A program made the position numbers and the translations under genes. Positions 28,770 to 40,121 of a DNA stretch of 64,000 bases are shown piece by piece (within the stretch, counting starts at the first letter, position 1; the number at the start of each line of letters is the position of its first letter). A model generated the notes under the pieces. That model saw only the letters and a program-made list of their open reading frames with translations. It was not told where the DNA came from and did not search any database. The stretch comes from Eledone cirrhosa (Eukaryota), in the NCBI GenBank assembly GCA_964016885.1, contig OZ024742.1:131130001-131194000 (forward strand), in the 5' to 3' direction.

Positions 28770-31560
28770 CACATAGACACATACACACCTATATACACAC
28801 TTATATATACATAGACATATACACACCTATATATACACATATACATATACACACCTATATATACACTTATATATACACACCTATATATACACATAGACAT
28901 ATACACACCTATATGCGCCTATATATACACATACACATATACACACCTATATATACATAGACATATACACATATACATATACACACCTATATATATACTT
29001 ATATATAGACATACACATATACACACCTATATACACACCTATATACACATAGACATATACACACCTATATATACACTTATATATACACATACACATATAC
29101 ACACCTATATACACACCTATATACACACCTATATACACATAGACATATACACACCTATATATACACATATACACACCTATATACACACCTATATACACAT
29201 GGACCTATACACACCTATATATACACTTATATATACACATAGACATATACACACCTATATATACACTTATATATACACACCTATATACACACCTATATAC
29301 ACACCTATATACACACCTATATATACACACCTGTATACACACCTATATACACACCTATATACACACCTATATATACACATAGACATATACACATAGACAT
29401 ATACACACCTATATATACAAAGACATATACACACCTATATATACACTTATATATACACATAGACATATACACATAGACATATACACACCTATATATACAC
29501 TTATATATACACACCTATATATACACCTATATACACACCTATATACACATAGACATATACACACCTATATATACACCTATATATACACATAGACATATAC
29601 ACACCTATATATACACATAGACACATACACACCTATATACACACCTATATATACACATAGACATATACACACCTATATACACATAGACATATACACACCT
29701 ATATACACACTTATATATACACATACACATATACACATAGACATATACACACCTATATACACACTTATATATACACATACACATATACACATAGACATAT
29801 ACACACCTATATACACACCTATATATACACATAGACATATACACATAGACATATACACACCTATATATACACATAGACATATACACTCCTATATATACAT
29901 AGACATATACACACCTATATATACACATATATATACATAGACATATACACACCTATATATACATAGGGACATATACACACCTATATATACACATAGGCAG
30001 ATACACACCTATATACATACCTATATACACACATAGACATATACACACCTATATATACACATAGACATATACACACCTATATATACACATAGACATATAC
30101 ATTCCTATATACACATAGACATATACACACCTATATATACACATAGGCATATACACACCTATATATACACATAGACGTATACACACCTATATATACATAG
30201 ACATATACACACCTATATATACATAGACATATACACACCTATATATACATAGACATATACACACCTATATACACACATAGACATATACACGCCTATATAT
30301 ACATAGACATATACACACCTATATATACATATAGACATATACACACCTATATACACACATAGACATATATACACCTATATATACATAGACATATACAAAC
30401 CTATATATACATAGACATATACACACCTATATACACACATAGACATATACACACCTATATATACATAGATATATACACACCTATATACACACATAGGCAT
30501 ATATACACCTATATATACATAGACATATACACACCTATATACACACATAGGCATATATACACCTATATATACATAGACATATACAAACTTATATATACAT
30601 AGGCATATACACACCTATATATACATAGACATATACACACCTATATATACACATAGACATATACACTCATATATATACATAGACATATACACACCTATAT
30701 ATACATAGACATATACACACCTATATATACATAGACATATACACACCTATATATACATAGACATATACACACCTATATACACACATAGACATATACACGC
30801 ATATATATACATAGACATATACACACCTATATATACACATAGACATATACACACCTATATATATACACACAGTCATATACACACCTATATATACATATAC
30901 ATATACATATACATAGACACATACACACCTATATATACACATAGACATATATACTCCTATATATACATAGTCATATACACACTTATATATACACATAGAG
31001 ATATACACACCTATATATACACATAGACATATACACACCTATATATACATAGACATATACACACCTATATATACACATAGACATATACACACCTATATAT
31101 ACATAGACATATACACACCTATATATACACATAGGCATATATACACCTATATACACATAGGCATATATACACCTATATATACACATAGGCATATATACAC
31201 CTATATATACACTTAGACATATACACTCCTATATATACATAGGCATATACACACCTATATATACATAGACATATACACACCTATATATACATAGACATAT
31301 ACACACCTATATATACACATAGACAGATACACACCTATATATACATAGACATATACACACCTATATATACACATAGGCATATACACACCTATATATACAC
31401 ATAGACATATACACACCTATATACACACATAGACATATACACTCCTATATATACATAGACATATGCACACCTATATATACATAGACATATACACACCTAT
31501 ATATACATAGACATATACACACCTATATATACAAGCCTATATATACACATAGACATATAC
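28770..31560. repeat. ~2.8-kb minisatellite, 26/28-bp unit acatagacatatacacacctatatat(ac)
   Basis: About 100 tandem units built from ~14-bp subunits (acatagacatatac / acacctatatatac). Confidence 0.95.
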
Positions 31561-31729
31561 ACACGTATATACACACATAGAAAGATACACACATAGACAT
31601 AGCTTACACATACACATGGATACACACACACACACGCACACACACACACATATATATATATACACACAAACTCACCTAATTGAATATTCACACATATGAA
31701 TATACATGCATATATATACATACATATAT

Positions 31730-31771
<42 letters not shown>

Positions 31772-31823
31772 AGCCATCCATCCATACACACATTTATATA
31801 TAAACACATACGCCTACACAAAT

Positions 31824-32162
31824 ACATACCCACACTTTCACACATGCATGTTCACATTCGCACACATACACAAACATATAAGCACAAAGATGTATACGAC
31901 AGATATATACATACAGACATATACAGACACATACTGACACATACATATAAACACATAACACATATATCCTCAGCTTAGTAGAAACTACACACATACCCAC
32001 ACTTTCACACATGCATGTTCACATTCGCACATATACACAAACATATAAGCAGAAAGATGTGCACGACAGATATATACATACAGACACATACTGACACATA
32101 CTGACACATACTGACACGTACATATAAACACATAAAACATATATTCTCAGCTTAGTAGAAAC
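31824..32162. repeat. ~170-bp local tandem duplication
   Basis: acatacccacactttcacacatgcatgttcacattcgcac...ctcagcttagtagaaac occurs at 31824-31985 and 31991-32162. Confidence 0.85.
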
Positions 32163-32429
32163 GCCATTCAAAGACTTGCCTTCCTCTTCATTGTCTCACA
32201 CACTTCATCCTCTAAAGCCATTAACCCTTTTATTACCATATTTCTAATAAAACAATGCCTAAAATTTTCAAGTCATTTTGAAAATAAGAAATTTGGAGAG
32301 ACTTAGAAATACAACAAATGTTGTCAATACTATCTGGTGTTTGGAACATTACATAGAATTATGATGTAATGATTTGAAATAAAAATAAACATTTAAAAAT
32401 AAAATACAGCAGCACCAGAAACAAGATGG

Positions 32430-32672
32430 CGTAGGACAGAACAAAGGAGAAGCACACACACAAAGAAAAGAATCCTTAGTCACTGAAGAGGTCACAGAAT
32501 GTGTGACGAAAGAACTTTGACACTATATAAACAACCATCTGGTTGTGGAATCAACCAACCAACCGGAAATTTATAAATTCCTAAATTTATGAATTTATTA
32601 TAATAAATTGAAGTGAAAGTTACTGGTGCGTGTGTTTCTTATTGGCAACATGACCCTCCCAAAGTATAACAA
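32430..32672 (+). mobile_element. Solo 3' terminal (pseudo-LTR) fragment of the PLE family at 61540-62972
   Basis: Aligns closely with 62721-62972 and includes the hammerhead-like motif at 32479-32521. Confidence 0.88.
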
Positions 32673-32779
32673 TAAAATGTTTAATATCCTAAAACCAGGG
32701 GCGGTTTCAGGGGTTTTGGTGTCAAAAGAGTTAACTCTTTATAAAGCTCAGGTGAGACTACAATAGAGCTAAGCACTCA

Positions 32780-33330
32780 CTTGGAAGACAGCATGGCCGA
32801 ATGGTTAAGATGCCGCGGGTGCGGTCCTACTGACCAAGTGTCAGTTACCATAACCACGGGTCGACTTATGCCTTGCCAGTGAAATTGTGTAGACAAAAGC
32901 TGTGCAACGTTGAATCTTACTGAGAATTTCCTTAAAGGTGTCTGTGTCAGTGTCAGTGGAATGCTCAGTCACATACACATTCATTTCGTTAACAGGATGT
33001 TCCGTTGAACGAAAAGTTGGAACATTCTTCGTTGAAAGCGACGGAACCTCATTTCTATTCTGACATTCTAGACCACATCCAAAGGTTAACTCGACTGATT
33101 GCCATGAAGTCACAAGCCATCACACACCAACCCCTGAATTACAGACTCGCTGTTTCATTTCTCTCCATTTTCTACCTCTGTTACAGTGGGTCCTGCTGAA
33201 AAAGAAAATGAAATGAAATGAAATGAAGAATCTTGTTCAAGAACACAACGCACCACCCGGTCCAGGAATCGAAACCAGGACCCAATTTTAACTTGCAATC
33301 GTGGGTTTGTAATTCAACTACATTGAATTC
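32780..33330. mobile_element. Cluster of degenerate SINE family B-related fragments
   Basis: tRNA-like head tggccgaatggttaag at 32795, and a reverse CORE-like tcttgttcaagaacacaacgcaccacccggtccaggaatcgaaacc at 33231. Confidence 0.55.
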
Positions 33331-33419
33331 TCAAGCCTCGAAAATTCATAGGTACAGCTCATTCCACACCAAAAATCTAACAAAAAAGGACCCCACAAAA
33401 AAACAACAACAACAACATA

Positions 33420-33575
33420 ATGAACTATCCTTGGAGCCCCTATACGGTCGTATAAATCTTGAGACGCTAGGCTTCACAGAACCAGAAAGAGCACATTTAG
33501 TTAGGAAGCTGCGAATACAGTCACATTGATGGAACTGTAAAAATATCTGAGACATTTAAGAAATTCAGCATGTAA
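33420..33575 (+). mobile_element. Extreme 3' fragment of an RLE-type non-LTR element
   Basis: NLETLGFTEPERAHLVRKLRIQS..GTVKISETFKKFSM* resembles the C-terminal helix of RLE-bearing elements. Confidence 0.45.
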
Positions 33576-34299
33576 TATCTGCATACACACAGGTAGAGAC
33601 GCAGAAATATAAGCACGTGTACACATATAACTCAAAGCATGCAGATGCACATTGGCAATAACATCCATACCTCCACAAACAAAAATGCATATAGACATAC
33701 GTATAACTGAACAAAAAAGAAAAATGAACACAAACATATACATATATGTGTTCAAATCGTAATGCACCAGAATCGCCAAGGTGAACAAAATACTAACTAC
33801 AGACAATAGGGTATGCTAGACTCAATTTAAAAATAAATCAAGAAAAATAAATACAAACTATAATTGTGGTAACAACCGAACACCCGGACAGTTTTGATAG
33901 AAGTGCTTCGCAATATTATTTGTGAAAAGGAGTACCAAAGTCCTAAGCTCATCAGCTGGTGAAGAAATTAGTATCCTGATCACTTCTTAATATAATAAAA
34001 AAAACTGGATAGTGTGTATATTTAACGCACATGGTTCCCGAACTTAGAGTGTCTCGCACACTCACGCCACTAAAAATAGCAGCCGAGTTTACTAGACATT
34101 TTAATTAGCTCGACGAATTAACGAAGCCGAATATATCAAAGGCATGTATCGGAAAAACCTCTTTCCTAGAGCTAATTTACTGTAATGAGACTATTTTGAG
34201 TTTCTAACTCAATACATGCCTTTGATACAGACTTACGTATATATTTATCTAGTTGATGTCGAAATTCTAATGAGTGAATCTTATTTCTACGCTAGAAAA

Positions 34300-34336
<37 letters not shown>

Positions 34337-34494
34337 CTCTCTTACTCTCTCTCTTATATACATAAATACATACATACATACAGACACAGACAGACATACA
34401 GACAGACAGACAGACAGACAGAGAGACAGACAAACAGACCCCCCCCCACACACACACACAAATAAATAATAAGATTTTACGGATGAATACAATA

Positions 34495-35005
34495 GTATGT
34501 TTAAGGTAGAGTCCATTGCTAGTACAGAAGTCCAGCAATGCCTCTCCATTCGTATTTAGATCGGGGTCGTCATTCCTTCCAATAACTCCTTTCCATGTCA
34601 GGTGGTCAGTGCTAACATGTGCATTGAAGTTAACCAGCAAGATATATGACTCAGTCTTAACTACATCTAACGCTGCAGTGAGTTCATCAAGGAAGGACCT
34701 GCATTCGGACTCCTTATTTGGTGCATAAACTTGCACCACCCACAAAGACATATCTTTCAGCCGAAGATTCAAGAGGCAAATCCTCCCTCCTAACGGGATC
34801 CAGTCCATAAGACATCCGGACAGCCGGGGGCTTGTGAGTGTATTCATTCCCACCTCTGCAGTCATTTCTGGTGCCACACCTGAATAGTGGAGTTTCCATC
34901 TGCGATCCATATCTACAGTATCAGAGCCACGGAACTTTGTTGAGGAAACTCAGACTACATCTAGCCTGTAGCATGTAGCCTCCTCCACAAGTTCTTGCTC
35001 CTAAT
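34495..35005 (-). mobile_element. RTE-clade LINE AP endonuclease fragment
   Basis: WKLHYSGV...EVGM..LTSPRL...GGRICLLNL...VVQVYAPN...FLDEL...ILLVNFNAHV...WKGVIGR...NTNGEALLDFC are APE motifs (YAP, degenerate GDFNA). Confidence 0.88.
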
Positions 35006-35199
35006 CTATAAGGGTTGGGATGTTCCAGGTTTTTTTCTTTTCCTCTTCATATTGCAGTTTCACTTTCGGTGGTCTTATTCGCGCCAGTCATCAATCTGGT
35101 ATTTTGTCAAACACACGAAGACTGGGATTATTTAGAGGTGGTCTTTATTCGCCGCGTCGTAGTTACGTCACTGAGTTGTGAGAGTTTTCTTGGGAGCCG

Positions 35200-35810
35200 G
35201 TAGAGAAGTTCAAGTATCTCGGGGCTGTTTTCGCGAGTGATGGAAGGCAGGAGGCTGAATTAAGTTCAAGAAATGCAAAAGCTGGTGCAGTAATGTGCCA
35301 GCTTCAGCATCCAGTAATCAGAAGAAGTGAAGTGTGCGTAAAAGCCAAACTAGTTATCTTCAATTCAGTTTTTATGCCAAACCTTACCTATAGTCATGGA
35401 TCTTGCGTAATAACCAAAAGAATACGATCGCGAATACAAGCGGCCGAAATGGGATTCCTCCGAAGAGTCTTTGCAGTAACGTTACACGATAAAGTGTGTA
35501 GCTCGGAGATCAGAGAGTCACTCCAGGTAGATCCGCCACTTCTCTGAATTGAGAGATTTCAGCTCCAATACTCTGGGCATGTGGTTGGAATGTCTCAGGT
35601 AACAATTGCTGGATGGATTGTACGAGCAAAACCAACCGGCAAGAGACCCAGGGGTAAACCCTCAGTGAGATGGTTGGATACTATCCATGAGCTTGGCTAG
35701 TACCCTTGGGGATCCAACCGGATCAGTTAGAGACGGTTGCTTCTGACAGCCCCCGCTTAGGACTCAGCCCCCATAATCCTCCCAAGAATAAGTATTCGAA
35801 GAAGAAGACA
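35200..35810 (+). mobile_element. RTE-clade LINE 3' end (RT thumb and C-terminus, (GAA)n tail)
   Basis: EKFKYLG...AKLVIFNSVFMPNLTYSHGSC...IQAAEMGFLRRV...GHVVGM...GKRPRGKPSVRW, ending gaagaagaag at ~35798. Confidence 0.88.
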
Positions 35811-35999
35811 ACACCAGTATCCCGTGATTTAAATTCAGCCAAACTGTTAAATGTAGTTTATAAAAATTGCTAATGAACAGTTAATCGTAAAGTTGACCTC
35901 CGTTATAGGATCTCAGAAGCTGGAATGAAACTGAAGGCATTTCATCCGACGCTCTATATGTTCTATTAATTCGCCAGTGAAGAGCATATATGGCGCCAG

Positions 36000-36149
36000 T
36001 CAACAACAACAAAGACAACAGCAACAACAACGCCACTGCTACCACCACCACCACCACCACCACCATCACCACCACCACCACCACCACCACCACCACCACC
36101 ACCACCACCACCACCACCACCACCACCATCACTACCACCACCACCACCA
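36000..36149. repeat. (CAA)/(CAC)n microsatellite
   Basis: Directly visible. Confidence 0.95.
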
Positions 36150-38558
36150 AAATATTTTCATAAAACTTTAAAGAAATTTCGAGGAAAATATTTGAGAACA
36201 TTTTTCAGAAAGATTTTGATGAAAATTTTGGGAAAAGTTTCGAAAAATTTGAGAGAAATGTTTAAAAATTTTTTTAAAAGTTTCAGAAAATTTTGCGAGA
36301 AATGTTGGTGAAATTTTCCCAAAGACATTTTGATAAAACTTGAAATTTTAGAAAAATTTTGATGAAATTTTTCTGAATCGTTTCGAAAAGCTTTCAAGAA
36401 GTTTCAGAAAATAATGTGAGGAATTTTAATGAAAAGTTTCCGAAAGCATTTTAATAAAGCTTTAAACAAAATTTAGAGGGACGTTTTTGAGTAAACTTTC
36501 CACAGCATTTTTGATCAAATTTTTGGGAAAAGTTTTGAAAACGTTTGAGGGGAATGTTTAAAAAGAAAATTTATCTAAAATCCTTTTTTCAAATTTCAGA
36601 AAATTTTGGGAGAAATATTATTGAAATGTTCTCGAAAACATTTTCTTAAACTTCCAGGGAACTTTTTGAGAAGAAATTTCAGAAACGTCATCGTGAAAAC
36701 TTTGGGAAAAGTTTCCAAAACTTTTGAGAGAAATGTTTTAAAGTTTTCGAAAAATTGCAGAAAATTTTGCGAGAGATTTTGGTCAATTTTTTTTTCGAAA
36801 ACATTTTGATAAAATTTTAAAGAAAAATTTAAAGAAAATTTTTGGGGAAATTTTTCTGAAAAATATTCATGAAATTTTTGGGTAAAGTTTTGAAGAATTT
36901 TGAGATAAACGTTTAAAAAAGTTTTCAAAACGTTGCAGAAAATGTTGCGAGAAATTTTGTTGAAATTCTTTTGAAAACATTTTCATCAAACTCTAAAGAA
37001 AATTTTGAGGAAAATGTTTGAGAAAACTGTCTATAAAAGCTTTGATGAAATTTTTGGGAAAAGTTTTGAAAACCTTTGAGAGAAATGTTTAAAAAAGATT
37101 TCAAAAAGTTGCAGAAAATTTTGCGAGAAATGTTGATGTAATTATTTCGAAGACATTTTGATAAAACTTTAACGAAGATTTCGAGGAAAAACTTTGCGAG
37201 AAATTTTGGTGAAATATTTCGATGAAATTGTCGTAAAAATTTTCGAAAAATCTTTGAGAGAAAAATTTCAAAATGTTTTAAAAAATTGCAGAAAATTTTG
37301 CGAGAAATTTTGGTGCAAATGTTTCGAAGACATTTTGAAAAAACTTCAAAGAAAATTTCAAGGAGTAGTTTTGAAAAAAACCTTTCAGAAAAGTTCAGAT
37401 AAAATATTTGGGAAAGTTTCGAAAACTTCTGAGAGAAATGTTTAAAAATTGCAGAAAATATTGCGTGAAATTTTGGTGAAACATTTTCGAAAATATTTTG
37501 ATGAAAGTTCTGGAAAATATTTCGAAACCTTTTAAGATAAATGTTGAAAAAAAGTTGCAGAAAATTTTACAAGGAATTTTGGTGAACATTTTTCGAAAAC
37601 ATTTTGATGAAACTTTACCGAGATTTTCAAGGAAGATTTTTGAAAAAAAGTTTTATAAATATTTTGATGAATCTTTTGGGAAAGGTTTCGAAGCCTTTTA
37701 AAAAAAGTTTTTTTAAAAGGCTTCGAAACCTTTTTTTAAAACTAGCAGAAAATAAAAAAAAATTAAAACAAATAGCAGAAAATTAAAAAATTTAAAAGGA
37801 AAACGTTTGTCTAAAAAGAAAATTTTGTGAGAAATTTTGGTGGATATTTAAAAAAAACTTTAAAGAAAATTCCGTGGAAAATTTTATTTCTGAAAAATCT
37901 TCATTTTTTAGGATAGGTTTTGAAAACGTTTAAGAAAAACATTTTTTTCAAGTTTTCAAAAAATTGCAGGAAAACTTATGAGAAATTCTGGTGAAATTTC
38001 TTCAAAAAATATTGATAGAACTTTAAAGAAAATTTCGAGGAAAATTTTGGGGAAACGTTTATGAAAAATATTCATGAAATTTCTGCGAAAAGTTTCGAAA
38101 ACCTTTGAGATAAATGTTAAAAAAGATTTTTAAAAACTGCAAAAAAATTTTACGAGAAAATTTGATGAAATTTCTTCGAAAATATTGTGATAAAACTTGA
38201 AAGAAAATTTCGAGGGAATTTTTTTGAGAAAATGTTGATAATACTTTTGGGAAATGTTTCGAAAACGTTTGAGAAAAATGTTTAAAAAATTTGCAGAAAT
38301 TTTTGTGCAATTTTTACGAGAGCGTTTTTATCAAACTTTAATAAAAATTTCGAGGAAAATTTTTGAGAAAAACTTTCAGAAAAATTGTGATAAATCTTTT
38401 GGGAAAAGTTTCGAAAAGTTTTGTGAGATGTTTAAAAAAGTTTTCAAAAAGTTGCAGGGAACGAAATTTTGGGGAAACATTTTCGAAAACATTCTGATAA
38501 AACTTTAAAGAACATTTCGAGGGAAGTTTTCGAGAAAACTTTTCAGAAAAAATTTGAT
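36150..38558. repeat. ~2.4-kb diverged satellite, ~177-bp monomer rich in alternating A- and T-tracts
   Basis: The anchor gcagaaaattttgcgaga recurs at ~36757, 36935, 37111 and 37288 (spacing 176-178 bp). There are internal gaaaatttt-like subrepeats. Confidence 0.88.
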
Positions 38559-39860
38559 GGCAACCACATCTATGTTGAGTGAACTGAGGTCATTGAGTAG
38601 GTGATCCTGCTTCCAAGACGACCCTATTTCACGTGTATTCCCACTGCTTATTTCATGTAAGGCCATGGTCGATTAAGAGGAGGAGAGATTAGGAAATGCC
38701 ATATACCTAATATTTTGGGTGGGAAGGACGGTTGTCCCGTCCTTCGATTGGTTGCGGGTTCTTGTGTCAAGATGTTTGTAGATATTCTTTTGGAGAGCTT
38801 CCTTCGGAAGTCTGCAATAGAATCGTGGAATTGTGTTTTACGTGTGTGTATGTATTTTATGAGATTTGTATGATTTGTATGTTCGTTTGAAGTGGGTTTT
38901 TTTGCGGGGTGTAATAAAATCCTTTTACCTAATTGTGGTGTTGTGCTGTAAGTAGTTCATTAGTTTTGTGTTGTTAGTGTTTATTACTGTGTAGTGTGTG
39001 ATGTTTGTATATTTTTATTGTTTTTGTGGGTGTGAGTTAGATTTTGTGTGGGATATTGTTAGTGCGTGTGGTGACTGTTGTGGAGTAGATGGCAGTGAGC
39101 TTGGCGGTGTAGGTACTTGTGGTGATGGTGGGTATATTGGTGTAAGTGCCTTTTGCCTTTCGGCTTTTAATACATGTTTGTCTCTTTCGCCATTTTTTGA
39201 GGGGGAAGACGAGGAGTTTTCTCTTTTTCATTTTTAGGGCAGACTGTTTGCCATCCCTTGGCCTCTTCATAATTTAAGTCTGACTGTGTGACGTCAGGGA
39301 GTGGCATGTCCTCGATGGGTGTTGGTGTTGTTGTTGCTGGTGGAGTTGATTCTGTCGGTGTTGGTCCTGGTGGTGCTGGCGCTTTTGTTTGATTTTGTTG
39401 CTGCTACTGGTGTTGATGTTGCTATTGCTTTTCTTGGTGATGTTGTCTGAAGTTTCGTGGTAATTGTTATTGGTGAGATGTTTCCTTTTCTTTCAGTGAA
39501 GGGCAGAAAGCTCTCATGTGGTTTATCACCACCCTGTTTTCACTGTTGTTGCTTTTATCATTGACTATGTTGTCGTTGATTTTGTTGCTGTTGTTGGTAT
39601 TACTATTCAGGTTTGAACTGTCCATATTTTTCATCCTTAAAACAATATAATTCAAAATGATATTGTTTTTCACCTCCAAATTCATCTCCATTATACAGGC
39701 GCTGTCATCTTTCCTCTCTGAGTCAGATGATGACAGCGTCATCCTCTCTCTATTTGATGTTTCGCTACGCTGTTTATTTGCTGCAGCATCCATGATAGAA
39801 ATGCTGATGACAAAATGGAAACTAAACGAAGCCTATGTGAAACGCGGTATCCACTTCAGA
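38559..39860 (-). mobile_element. 5' part of an L1/Tx1-like LINE (decayed ORF1, inter-ORF region, ORF2 APE start)
   Basis: The minus strand from ~38667 reads MALHEISSGNTREIGSSWKQDHLLNDLSSLNIDVVA, matching the ORF2 start at 15347. Low-complexity ORF1-like pieces lie upstream (39467-39793, 39037-39270). Confidence 0.6.
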
Positions 39861-39864
39861 TAAC

Positions 39865-40066
39865 AATAATAATAATAATTGTTTCTACTTTAGGCACAAG
39901 GCCAGAAATTTGAATGGGAGGGAAATGCGAGTAAATTGATCTCAGTACATTATTGGTGCTTTATTTTTTCGACCCTTTAAGGATGAAAGGTTAAGCTAAC
40001 CTCGGCGGGATTTCAAATCAATACGTAAAGGGCTATAACTATCCCGATGCTGCCAATACATCGCCC

Positions 40067-40067
<1 letters not shown>
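39865..40067 (-). mobile_element. SINE family A copy embedded in (AAT)n
   Basis: Reverse family A sequence with AAT repeats on both sides. Confidence 0.85.

Positions 40068-40119
<52 letters not shown>

Positions 40120-40121
<2 letters not shown>

Noticed and set aside
36158-38508. K/F/L-rich ORFs in the 177-bp satellite
   Set aside because: Short frames on both strands arising from A/T tracts, with no conserved frame between monomers.
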